From the NCBI GenBank assembly GCA_963823665.1, contig CAWGMQ010000003.1, positions 288,001 to 352,000 on the forward strand: a stretch of 64,000 bases of DNA, given 5' to 3'. Below, one piece after another: positions 8,170 through 18,263 of the stretch (position 1 is the stretch's first letter; every line of letters starts with the position of its first letter). Both the position numbers and the translations under genes were made by a program. The stretch is from an uncultured Planctomycetota bacterium. Its GTDB lineage: Bacteria > Planctomycetota > Planctomycetia > Isosphaerales > Isosphaeraceae. The notes beneath the pieces were generated by a model. That model saw only the letters and a list, made by a program, of their open reading frames with translations, was not told where the DNA came from and did not search any database.

Positions 8170-11113
8170 ATGCATTATTTTGCTTTCCAGCCTCACGCCC
8201 GATCCCGAGCCCGCAGAATCTGCCGACGCTTTTCGCCGTTCAGCATTGCCCTGGGCGCATTGCTCGTGCTCCTGGCTGCATCGCAATCTTCCGCGCGTGC
8301 CGCTGATGACGCAGCCGGCAAAGTGGCCGCACGCCCGGCGTTTCCACCGGAAGCGATCGAGTTCTTCGAGTCGCGGGTGCGGCCGATCCTCGCGGACAAG
8401 TGCTTCAAGTGCCACGGTGAAAAGAAGCAATCCAACGGCCTGCGTCTTGATAGCCGCGAGGCAGCCTTCAAGGGGGGCGACACCGGCCCGGCGCTGGTTG
8501 CCGGCAAACCGGACGAGAGCCTGCTTGTTCAAGCCGTCGCACAAACCCACGCCGAGCTGAAGATGCCGCCGTCCGGCAAGCTTCCCGATGCGTCTGTCGC
8601 CGCGCTCCGTCAGTGGGTCAGCCAGGGTGCGCCGTGGCCCGCGATCAAGACGGAGACCGCCAACCCCGCGAAGGCCGCGCCGATGCTGCCACGCACTGGG
8701 CGTTCCGCCCGATCAAGCCCGTCTCGCCGCCCTCGGTCAAGAATCGGGCGTTGGTGCAGTCGCCCGTAGACTCATTCGTCATGGCCAAGCTGGAATCGAG
8801 CGGCCTCAGCATCTCTCCCCTGGCCTCGAAGCGAACGCTGATCCGCCGCGCGACGATCGACCTCTGGGGCATACCGCCGACCGCCCAGGAGGTCGATGCG
8901 TTCGAGGCCGACCATTCGCCCGATGCGTTCGCGCACGTCGTCGACCGCCTGCTCGCGTCTCCCCGATATGGCGAGCGATGGGGCCGGCACTGGCTCGACG
9001 TCGCCCGCTACGCTGACACGAAGGGATATGTGTTCACCCAGGATCGCCGCTACCCGTTTGCTTATACTTTTCGCGACTACGTCATCTCGGCGTTCAATTC
9101 CGACCTGGGCTACGACAAGTTCGTGCAGCAGCAGCTTGCCGCCGATCAGCTTGGCGGTGGTGTTGACCGCCGGGCCCTGGCCGCCATGGGGTTCCTCACG
9201 GTCGGCAGGCGGTTCCTGCTCGACCAGAACGAGATCATCGATGACCGCATCGACGTGGTCAGCCGTGGGTTTCTTGGCTTGACGGTGACGTGTGCCCGCT
9301 GCCACGACCACAAGTTCGACCCGATTCCCACCGAAGACTATTACTCGCTGTACGGAGTCTTCGCCAGCACGATCGAGCCGGCCGAGCTGCCCCTCCTGGC
9401 TGACGCGACGGGAAGTCCGCGTTTTGCCGCGTACCAGAAGAAACTGGCTACGGCCACCAAGACGCGAGATGATTATCTGGCGGCCCGGCGCGGGGAATTC
9501 TCCGCCGAGATGACGGCGAAGCTTTCGCAATACTTGAAGGCTGGCCAGAGTCTGAATTTCGACGCGCGCAGCCGGAAGCTCGAAGAACAGGCGCGTGCCG
9601 CCGGGCTGAATTCAAGGCGGCTGCGCGGTGTGATGTCGATGTGGCGGCGGCACGTCACTGGCGTGAACCCGAAAGACCCGGTGTTCGGCCCGTGGCGGGC
9701 ATTCGCCGCGCTGCCTCCGAGTCAGTTCACCGCCAAGGCCACCGAGCTTCATCGCGAGCTCGTCTCGCCCAAAGACCCGAAGGCCGCGCCCGTTCACCCG
9801 CTGGTTGCCAAGGTTGTGCTTGCCGGCCCGCCTTCGAGCGCAGGCGAAGTGGTTGATCGTTACGCGTCGCTCTTCGCTCAGCTTGAAAGTCGCTGGAACG
9901 AGCAGACTGCGAAGTCGAAGGGGGCACCCGTCGCGGCTCTGCCGGAACCGGAATGGGAGTCGCTGCGGAAGGCGATCTTCGGCGAGGGCGGACCGCTGGC
10001 GGTGAACAACGATGGGATGCGGTTCATCCTCGATCAAGGGCAGCGCAACCGGCTCGAGCAGTTGAACGCCGTTATTCAGCAAATCAACGCCACCGACCCC
10101 GGGTCACCTCCGCGGGCGATGGTGGTCAGTGACACGCCAAAGCCCATCGACCCGCACGTTTTCATGCGAGGCAATCCGGGGCGGCCCGGGCCGGCAATAC
10201 CCCGGCGGTTCCTCAAGGTGCTCTCGAGCAGCGAGCGTGCGCCGTTCCAACACGGAAGCGGCCGCCTCGAGCTCGCACAGGCGATCGCGTCGGAGGCCAA
10301 CCCTCTGACTGCACGCGTGTTCGTGAACCGGGTCTGGCTCTGGCATTTCGGCAAGGGCTTGGTCGGCACGCCCAGCGACTTCGGTGTTCGCAGCGATCCC
10401 CCGTCGCATCCCGAGCTGCTCGACTATCTCGCGGGCGAGTTCATCGAAGTCCGGCTGGTCGATCAAGGCGGTTCACCGCTCGCATCATGCTCTCGACGAC
10501 TTACCAGCAGCAAAGTCTGCCGCGGCCGGCTGGGCTTGAGGCAGACGCCGATAACCGCCTTTTGTGGCGGTTCAATCGCCAGCGGCTCGACTTCGAGGCG
10601 ATGCGCGATTCGGTGCTGGCCGTCTCCGGCTCCCTGGGCCCTTATTTCGGCGGTCCGACCACGCCGGTCGAATCGCCGGCGTTCGTGTCGCGGCGCACGC
10701 TCTATGGGTTTATCGACCGCCAGAACCTGGACGGCGTCTACCGCACGTTTGACTTCGCCGTGCCCGACGCGACCAGCCCGCGGCGCTTCGTCACGACGGT
10801 TCCCCAGCAAGCTCTCTTTCTGATGAACAGCCCGTTCCTCCACGAGCAGGCGCGACGGCTCGCGGGCGAAATCGTGCGGGAGCAGGCTTCCCGCTCCGGC
10901 GATCAAACCGCGGAGGCCGTCCGCGGCCTGTATCGGCGGGTCCTGGGCCGATTGCCCGAGAAGGATGAGCTCGCGCTGGCGACGGGCTTCATCGCCGGGC
11001 AAAGCGGCGGCGCGAAATCCGCCTCGACCACGGGCAAAGAGCCGCGGCTCTCGCCCTGGGAGCAGTTGAGCCAGGTCTTGCTACTGACCAACGAGTTCAT
11101 GTTTGTTGATTGA
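8170..11113 (+). CDS. Planctomycete cytochrome c + DUF1549 + DUF1553 (PSCyt/PSD1) protein, frameshifted near 8680 and 10450-10490
   Basis: FFESRVRPILADKCFKCHG, HWAF, YGERWGRHWLDVARYADT, CARCHDHKFDPI, NPLTARVFVNRVW, PSHPELLDYLA, PQQALFLMN, NEFMFVD. Confidence 0.93.
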
Positions 11114-11161
11114 CTGGAGAGAAGCACCGGTTTCGGCTGCTTCTCAAGCGAGGTTTTTCTG

Positions 11162-12661
11162 ATGTCGCATCCTGCACCAAGGCTCGAAGACGCCGTCATG
11201 ACGCGCCGCGAGCTGCTGACCCGCTCGGGTATGGGCATGGGGGCCGTGGCGCTTGCCGGCGTGCTTTCAGATGCCGGGTTGTTAACTCACGCCGCCCGCG
11301 CAGCGGCCGGCGACGGCGACAACCCGGCGGCCCGCCTGATCGCGGGCTCGATCAACGGACCAAGCCCGCTGCTCCCCAAAGGGCCCCCGCTCCGCGCTCG
11401 TGCCAAGCGCGTCGTGCATCTGTTCATGAACGGCGGGCCGTCGCACGTCGATACATTTGATCCCAAGACGATGCTTGACCGCCACAATGGCAAGCCGGTG
11501 CCCACGAATCTGCCCACCGAGCGCAAGACCGGCGCCGCGATGGGCTCACCGTTCAAGTTCAAGAAGTACGGGCAGAGCGGGATTGAAGTCAGCGACCTTT
11601 TTGCCCACACGGCCGGAATGATCGACGAGATCTGCGTGATTCGCTCGATGCACGCTGATGTTCCCAATCATGAGCCGTCGCTCATGCTCATGAACTGCGG
11701 CGAAGCGCGGCAGGCGCGGCCGTGCGTCGGCTCGTGGGTTCTCTATGGCCTGGGTACGGAGAATCAGAACCTGCCCGGGTTCGTCGTGATGTGCCCAGGC
11801 GGGTTTCCGATCGCCGAGTCGCAGAACTGGCAGTCGGCCTTTCTGCCCGGGATCTTTCAGGGAACCTATGTCGACAGCAGGCACACCGAGATCGACAAGC
11901 TGATCGCGCACATCCGCAATCACGGCGTCGGGCCCAAGGCCCAGCGCGCCCAGCTCGACTTGCTCGGCGAGCTCAACCGGCGCCATCTCGACAAGAGCGG
12001 CCACGAGCCCGAGCTCGAGGCGCGAATTCAGTCGTTCGAGCTGGCCTACCGGATGCAGTCGGAAGCGGCCGATGCCTTCGACGTCAACCAAGAGCCCGAG
12101 ATGATCCGCAGGATGTACGGACCCGGCGTCCACGCGCGACAGCTTCTGGCGACCAGGCGGTTGCTCGAGCGCGGGGTGCGGTTCGTCCAGCTCTGGCACG
12201 GCGACGGCCAGCCCTGGGACCACCACGACGATCTGGCCACTGGCCACCGCGAGCTCGCCACCCAGTGCGACCGGCCGATCGCCGCGTTCCTTGCCGACCT
12301 CAAGATGCGCGGAATGCTTGACGACACCCTGGTGATCTGGGGCGGCGAGTTCGGCCGTACGCCGACTGTCGAGCTGCCCACCCCTGGCTCAAATCAGGGA
12401 AAAATGAACGGCCGCGACCATAACCACTACGGTTTCACGATGTGGCTGGCTGGCGGCGGCGTGAAGGGGGGATACGTCCACGGCGCCACCGACGACCTCG
12501 GCTTTCAGGCCGTGGACAAGAAGGTGCACGTCCACGATTTGCACGCGACGCTGCTTTACCTGCTGGGATTCGACCACGAGCGCTTCACGTTTCGCCACGC
12601 CGGCAGAGACTTCCGCCTGACCGACGTGCACGGAACGGTCGTGAAGGACATCATCGCCTGA
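11162..12661 (+). CDS. DUF1501 domain protein (Tat-like N-terminus)
   Basis: TRRELL, AKRVVHLFMNGGPSHVDTFDPK, GEFGRTP, GRDHN, RLTDVHG. Confidence 0.95.
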   Translation: MSHPAPRLEDAVMTRRELLTRSGMGMGAVALAGVLSDAGLLTHAARAAAGDGDNPAARLIAGSINGPSPLLPKGPPLRARAKRVVHLFMNGGPSHVDTFDPKTMLDRHNGKPVPTNLPTERKTGAAMGSPFKFKKYGQSGIEVSDLFAHTAGMIDEICVIRSMHADVPNHEPSLMLMNCGEARQARPCVGSWVLYGLGTENQNLPGFVVMCPGGFPIAESQNWQSAFLPGIFQGTYVDSRHTEIDKLIAHIRNHGVGPKAQRAQLDLLGELNRRHLDKSGHEPELEARIQSFELAYRMQSEAADAFDVNQEPEMIRRMYGPGVHARQLLATRRLLERGVRFVQLWHGDGQPWDHHDDLATGHRELATQCDRPIAAFLADLKMRGMLDDTLVIWGGEFGRTPTVELPTPGSNQGKMNGRDHNHYGFTMWLAGGGVKGGYVHGATDDLGFQAVDKKVHVHDLHATLLYLLGFDHERFTFRHAGRDFRLTDVHGTVVKDIIA

Positions 12662-14411
12662 AGAGCCAGGCGAGGGATTTCGGCAGAGATCGCGGCCAGA
12701 TTCCGGCCTTTCTCAGGCTGATCGCCCCGGCGACGATGAAGAAGAGAAGCCCGCAGGCGATTTGATCCAACCCGACCAGGATGCGGCGAAGCTGCTTGTA
12801 ATTCGGGGCGCCCGACTGTGCGAGCCACGCCGCCAGGCCCGCGGCCGCCACTGCGACATAGCGCCGGTCGCGCAAGCGGAATCCATAGGCAATCCCCACG
12901 CCCGTGATCGCCGCCACATAGATTGGAACACCGTTCGGAGTCAGCGCATCGACCAGCGGCTCATAACCGAGTACCGCAAAGAGTTGAAGCACCAGGAGTG
13001 CAAAACAAGCCCATGTCCTCGCGAACCTCGCAGCTATGTCATCCGGGACTGCGCCCACGGCCATGAAGGTGACGACGATCAAGTGAGCGGCCACCAGGAA
13101 TGAATCGACTTCTGGCCAGATGATCGTGCAAGAACGCGCGATGGCAATTGAGAGCGCGGTTCCCGACAGGAGCGCCTCAATCGTGTCCCGCCGGCGCCAG
13201 GCGAGCCGCGCCAACACCAGACCCGGCGGCGACCAGCGGTAGTGGTCGGGCGCGACGAGCGCGTCGAAATCGAGCGAGTTTCGCCCAATCGCCGACAGCA
13301 AGGCCAGTGACACCCACAGAAAATCCCAGGCCGCCGGCACGCGCCGGATCACCGCGTAAAACTGGAACAGCACCACCGCAACGGCGGCGAGATAGAACGG
13401 CGTGCCCCCGAGCGTGTTGCGGAACTCAGTCCAGAAGCTCAAGTAGACCGGCTCGTAACGGTGGCCGGTCGTGGCGACGTACGCGAGCAAGAACGGCACA
13501 ACCGACGCCGCGATCATGACACCGCGCCGCCGACCGGCAATCCCGATCTCAAGCCAGATGAGGCTCACGGCCAGCCCGACCGGAACAAGGAAATATGGCG
13601 CGAAGATGGTGCGGCTGCCGTTGACGTAGTGAAACGACATACAGAGCGAGTAGCTCCGGACCGCGAGCCCGCCGGCCATGATCAGGAAGAGCGACCACGG
13701 ATACAGCGGCCACCGCCAGGGGCTGCCGTTCTTGGCGACGTAGGCCGCACCGCCTCTCGCCGCCGGCACGAGCAACAGAAGCACAAGTGTAGCCAGAGGC
13801 GAAAAGCCGAAGAGCGCCCACTGAAGCCGCGGGCTCTCCGGCTCGTTCAAGAGCGGCACCAGAGCAATCGGGTAGAGAAATACGAGGGCGAGAATTGCGT
13901 GATATGCGGCACGATACCAGCCAGGCAGCCTCAATCGAATCGTGTGCAGAACGATCTCGCTCAAGACGACGGCGAAGCAGAACCCGATCAGATATCCGAT
14001 CGCACCGCGGAGCGAGTCTGCCGCCATCTTGTCATCACCGCTGGTCGCGATCGCCAGGAACATCATGACGATCAGGAGCAACAAGCTGCGCAGGTCGTCC
14101 CAGAGTTTTCCCACCCGGATCAAGAAACAAGCTGTCGTGGCCAGGAGCAGCGTGTAGCCCGCGAGGCTCATTCCCAGCGCCCACGGGTACGCGGCCGGCC
14201 CGCGTGGGCCGAACGAGATCCGCAGTCCGACGAAGACCAGGTCGGCACTCAGGATGTAGAACGGGTTGCTCGAATACAAGAATCGAACAAACCCCCGCGC
14301 CGGCTGGGCCAGAATCGCGCCGGCTGGCTGCGGCAAGCAGTCCGATGCCGGGGCAGTCTGTCCGGTTCCTTGCTCGGGCAAGAGTTCTTCAAGATTGCGC
14401 GCACTATCCAC
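12651..14411 (-). CDS. Conserved multi-pass membrane protein
   Basis: 586-aa ORF with many hydrophobic segments and a GAGGAGG RBS. Confidence 0.75.
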   Translation of the reverse strand: MDSARNLEELLPEQGTGQTAPASDCLPQPAGAILAQPARGFVRFLYSSNPFYILSADLVFVGLRISFGPRGPAAYPWALGMSLAGYTLLLATTACFLIRVGKLWDDLRSLLLLIVMMFLAIATSGDDKMAADSLRGAIGYLIGFCFAVVLSEIVLHTIRLRLPGWYRAAYHAILALVFLYPIALVPLLNEPESPRLQWALFGFSPLATLVLLLLVPAARGGAAYVAKNGSPWRWPLYPWSLFLIMAGGLAVRSYSLCMSFHYVNGSRTIFAPYFLVPVGLAVSLIWLEIGIAGRRRGVMIAASVVPFLLAYVATTGHRYEPVYLSFWTEFRNTLGGTPFYLAAVAVVLFQFYAVIRRVPAAWDFLWVSLALLSAIGRNSLDFDALVAPDHYRWSPPGLVLARLAWRRRDTIEALLSGTALSIAIARSCTIIWPEVDSFLVAAHLIVVTFMAVGAVPDDIAARFARTWACFALLVLQLFAVLGYEPLVDALTPNGVPIYVAAITGVGIAYGFRLRDRRYVAVAAAGLAAWLAQSGAPNYKQLRRILVGLDQIACGLLFFIVAGAISLRKAGIWPRSLPKSLAWLFRR

Positions 14412-14619
14412 CGTGCACCTCCTCGACTTGAAAATCGACGGGATGAAGAACGCGTCCGACTTGACGTGTCACGACCACGCAGCGATCGGCCCGAGAATGA
14501 GACAGGATCCGGATCGATCGCGGCAGCAGACTTGATTATCAACATGTACGACAAATGTCGCAAGAGGTGACGCGGAACAAACTGAAAGCGCGGCAACCAC
14601 GCGGGGCGGCTCCCGAATT

Positions 14620-14655
14620 CCGGAGGCTTCGTCTCCGGGGTCGGGGCAGCCCTAC
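14620..14655. repeat. GTAG-type REP-like hairpin
   Basis: CCGGAG-GCTTCGT-CTCCGG hairpin; element ends in CTAC (GTAG on the minus strand). Confidence 0.4.
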
Positions 14656-14700
14656 GGGGTTTGGCTGGTTGGCAAGGTCTCGCGGTCCGCGCCGGCGGTC

Positions 14701-17589
14701 TCAGGAAATCGCCGCGCCGTTCAACATGTAGTTGGTAGGTGCGGTGGGATGCCCGGGCGAGGCGTTGAAGCCGATGGTCACGCTTTGGCCGGGGTTGATC
14801 ACGGCGTTGTACGAAGCGTTCACGATCGAGAACTGATTGCCGGTCTGGCTCATGATGCTTGCGTTCCAGATCGAGCTGATCGTTCCCACGAAATCGAACG
14901 CGAGCGTCCAGCCACTGATCGGCGAGCTGCCCGTGTTCGTGAGTGTCAGACTGCCGGTGAAGCCGGTTCCCCAGTCGTCCGTGTCCGCAAAGGTGACCGT
15001 GGCCGACGGGGTATTGCTCGGCGGCGGAGGCGCCGAGCCGCTAGTCGTTCCGTTCACGACGTAGTTCGACGGTGCCACCGGCGCACCGCCGGGGCCGCCC
15101 AGGAACCCGAACGTAACACTCTGGCCCGGGGCGATCGAGCTGTTGTATCCGGCATTCTGGATCACGTAATGCGAGCCGGAGTGGCTCTGGACCGTCGCAT
15201 CCCAGATCTGGGTGATCGCGGCCGCGAAGTTGAACTGCAACGACCAGTTGGTGATGCTCGTCGTGCCCGTGTTCGTGATCGTGATGCTCGCCTGGAACCC
15301 CGTGCTCCAGGAATTCACAAGCGAGTACGCCACGGTCGAGCTGGTGGTCGGCGGCGCCAGTACGGTTACGCTCCCCGTGCCGGAAACGGCGCCGCTCGTG
15401 GCGCGCACCGTGGCCGAGGCCGCCGCGCTCGGTGCGGTGTAGAGGCCGCTGGTTGAAACGATGGCGCCCGAGCCGCTCGAGACGGACCATGTCAGGGCCG
15501 GCTGCGTGCTCATCGGGTTGCCGAACTGGTCGTCCGCGACGCCCGAGAATTGCTGCTGGCCGCCCGCGGCGAGCGTCACGGTGGCGGGCGAGACCTGGAT
15601 CGAGCTGAGCGACTGATTGACGGTGACCGTCACGCTGCTCGTCGCGATGTAACCGCCGGGGTCGGAAACGGTCACCTGAAAGCTGTACGTGCCCGCTTTC
15701 GAGAACGTCGCGGTGGTGCTCGACGCAGTATTAGTGCCGTTGGTGCTGTATGCGACCGCAGCCGGAGGCGTGCCGGTCGTCGTCCAGGTGTAGATCAGGC
15801 CAGTCGTTCCGGAGGGGTCCGTGGCAGTCACCGAAAGCACTGTCGTCTTGCCCGTGACGGGGCTGGGCGACGCGGAGGCCGCTTTCGTGATCGTTGGCCC
15901 GGCCGTGCCGCTGGGCGCTCTGCCCAGGTCGAGCACCGTCATCGAGTAGGCCGGGAATGAGTAGCTAAACGTCGACCCATTCACGGTGAGACTGGCGGTG
16001 AAGTTCGCCAGCGCCGATGCGCCGGTGGTCGTCTGGCTCTGAGCCGTGTCCTGCGTCTCGCCGTATTGCCAGACCGTGGCCTGTGCCGCCGGATCGAAGT
16101 TCGCGAGCTGGAAGGCGCCGGTGAGTGCGCTTGTTGCACTCTTGTTGACGACCAAGAGGTCGAGATGACCGTCGGGCTCAACGACCGCATAAGCCGTGAG
16201 GTTGGGATCACTGCTCGAGGCCTGCACGACGTTGCCGCCGGACTGGATGATCTTGGAGGCGAGCTCCTCGGCGAAGTAGGTCGGGTAAGGTACGTACGGA
16301 CCTGAATCCGGCGCCGTTCCACCGGGACTGCCGATCAGGCCGTAGTCGCCCCCGTCGCGCCAGCCGTAGAGACTCGACGAATCATTGCCGCCGGTCGAGT
16401 AGCCGTTGCGAAGATCCCAGAAATCGGATGCGTCGTAGGGAGTTTCGAGCATCGCGCCCAGCGAGTCAGCCAGGAACAGCCCGTTGACCAAGCTGGTCGT
16501 CTGCTTTCCCGGGTCCGAGTACACCGAGTTGTACTCCGTCGCAAAAAGCTGAACCTTGCTCGCGGCGGCGGCACCGAGATACTTCGTGAGGTCGCTTTCG
16601 TAGTCGGCCGCGCGCTGGGCCCAATCATATGGGTTGCCCGGGTCCGAGGGATCGGTGTTCGTGCCGCTGACGGTGTCGAGCAAGAGGTTGGAATCGCTTT
16701 CACTTCCCGGAGCTTGCACATAGTTGTGGTCGCTCAGGAACCCGATCGTGGCCCCCTGGCTGGCTGCCTGCTGCAGGATGTTGCCGATCCAGTTGTTGAA
16801 GTCGGTTCCGGGGCTCTGCACGTCGACTCCAACCGAAATTGACGGGTCGATCGTCGCCGCGAGCGTCTCGAACTGCTTCATGAACGCGATGTACGTCGCA
16901 GGATCATGCTGCACCATATGGTGGTCGATTTCCCAGCTTCCGTACTCTTCATTGCCGACTTCCCAGTAGGGCACGTTGAAGGGTGCCGGATGATTCAGGC
17001 GCAGGAAGTTCAGCCCGTCGTCCTGGGCCAGCGGAGCCGCCGCCCGCAAGCTCGCCCAGTAGCCGGCCGTCTCCCAGTTGACCGTCTGCCAACTGTTCGT
17101 CGAGTCATTCCACTCCTGGCCGTCGCCGATTTGCGTGGTGTTGCCAACCGGCGCCTCCAGGTAAGCCAGAAACGCTGCAGCTTCCTGCGGGCTGCCGGAG
17201 CCGTAGTCGATTGTCGCCAGCCCGACGCCGTTCACCGAGCTGATGAAGCTCGCCATGCTCCCGTCCGTGCCCTCACCGTTATACGTCGGGGGCGCGTTGA
17301 AGTGAAAATCATCCGAGCTCGAACCGCCGGGGAAACGGAACATCGTGAGGCCGGCCGCCTGCACCATCTGCTGCGTCTGCGGTGTGTTCAGCACCGAGTC
17401 GTACCAGGCCACATTCACTCCCAGGAGCTGGGTGTCGACGGCCCGCACGACGGTGGCAGCATTGATGCTGATCGTGGCCAGAAGCGCACGATCTTCGAGG
17501 CCCTCAATGCCCAAGGCGCAGCGCCTCTTCCGTGGCCCCAACCCCAGCCGAAACGCCCGCGGCATCTGCCGATTCTTGAGAACGCTCAT
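14701..17589 (-). CDS. Secreted modular glycoside hydrolase (clan GH-A, GH51/GH44-like) with Ig-like domains and two CBM2 modules
   Basis: IEGLEDRALLA N-terminal motif; RFPGGS, WEVGNE, ATEYN catalytic motifs; two W-x-x-GF...W-x-L-x-F...IW-x-A...PGQSVT-x-GF CBM2 repeats. Confidence 0.88.
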   Translation of the reverse strand: MSVLKNRQMPRAFRLGLGPRKRRCALGIEGLEDRALLATISINAATVVRAVDTQLLGVNVAWYDSVLNTPQTQQMVQAAGLTMFRFPGGSSSDDFHFNAPPTYNGEGTDGSMASFISSVNGVGLATIDYGSGSPQEAAAFLAYLEAPVGNTTQIGDGQEWNDSTNSWQTVNWETAGYWASLRAAAPLAQDDGLNFLRLNHPAPFNVPYWEVGNEEYGSWEIDHHMVQHDPATYIAFMKQFETLAATIDPSISVGVDVQSPGTDFNNWIGNILQQAASQGATIGFLSDHNYVQAPGSESDSNLLLDTVSGTNTDPSDPGNPYDWAQRAADYESDLTKYLGAAAASKVQLFATEYNSVYSDPGKQTTSLVNGLFLADSLGAMLETPYDASDFWDLRNGYSTGGNDSSSLYGWRDGGDYGLIGSPGGTAPDSGPYVPYPTYFAEELASKIIQSGGNVVQASSSDPNLTAYAVVEPDGHLDLLVVNKSATSALTGAFQLANFDPAAQATVWQYGETQDTAQSQTTTGASALANFTASLTVNGSTFSYSFPAYSMTVLDLGRAPSGTAGPTITKAASASPSPVTGKTTVLSVTATDPSGTTGLIYTWTTTGTPPAAVAYSTNGTNTASSTTATFSKAGTYSFQVTVSDPGGYIATSSVTVTVNQSLSSIQVSPATVTLAAGGQQQFSGVADDQFGNPMSTQPALTWSVSSGSGAIVSTSGLYTAPSAAASATVRATSGAVSGTGSVTVLAPPTTSSTVAYSLVNSWSTGFQASITITNTGTTSITNWSLQFNFAAAITQIWDATVQSHSGSHYVIQNAGYNSSIAPGQSVTFGFLGGPGGAPVAPSNYVVNGTTSGSAPPPPSNTPSATVTFADTDDWGTGFTGSLTLTNTGSSPISGWTLAFDFVGTISSIWNASIMSQTGNQFSIVNASYNAVINPGQSVTIGFNASPGHPTAPTNYMLNGAAIS

Positions 17590-18092
17590 CCAAGTCCTCC
17601 CGTTGTCAAGCGACGGAGGAAAGCCCACCCGGCGAGCGCACAGTCCGCACGGCCGGGCCACAAGGGCCATCCTTGTCAAAACGTACTGTGGCTTCGATCT
17701 GTTGATCCTCAGCGATGAGCCGTTTCCCGGTCCCGGGTGACGGCGCTATCCACGACATCTGTCAAAGAAGCCAGAGCTCAAACCAACGACGATTCGAAGT
17801 GCGAAAGACCGAAACACGCCGGACACGGCAAAATCATTCGCTGTGCCGGCAAATCTCTGATGCGACGTGGTCTTCAACGCTCAAAATACGACACATCCAC
17901 CCAATCGTGACTCAATGTGTTCACAATTGAGCGGAACGGATCGTTAGCGACCATCCGATTCGGCGGAGGTCGTGATATTACATCAAACGCAGCATGTACT
18001 TGCGATCGCAAGAGATGGCTTGAGAAAGTGGGAGCCACGGGCTGGTGTAAAGGAAGCAAGCGTACAGTCACACCTGCGATGGTCCGCAGCAC

Positions 18093-18155
18093 GTGGGGTG
18101 GGTGCAACCCACCGGCCGTAATGCTATATCGGATGGTGGGTTACACCCACCCTAC
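18093..18155. repeat. Inverted REP doublet (REPIN)
   Basis: GTGGGGTGGGTGCAACCCACC ... GGTGGGTTACACCCACCCTAC (reverse complement GTAGGGTGGGTGTAACCCACC). Confidence 0.8.
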
Positions 18156-18263
18156 CGAGAGACCCGGCTGGGCGGTTGCATTCGAAGGGGGTGCAGGAGC
18201 GTCCCTTTCGTTTGAGCCAGGCCGCAGCAACGGCGAACGTGGAAAAGTGTGCGACACCTTTTG

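Noticed and set aside
8670..10490. Programmed ribosomal frameshifting in the PSD1 gene and others
   Set aside because: No slippery heptamers at the junctions, and breaks are scattered through unrelated genes, which fits sequencing error.
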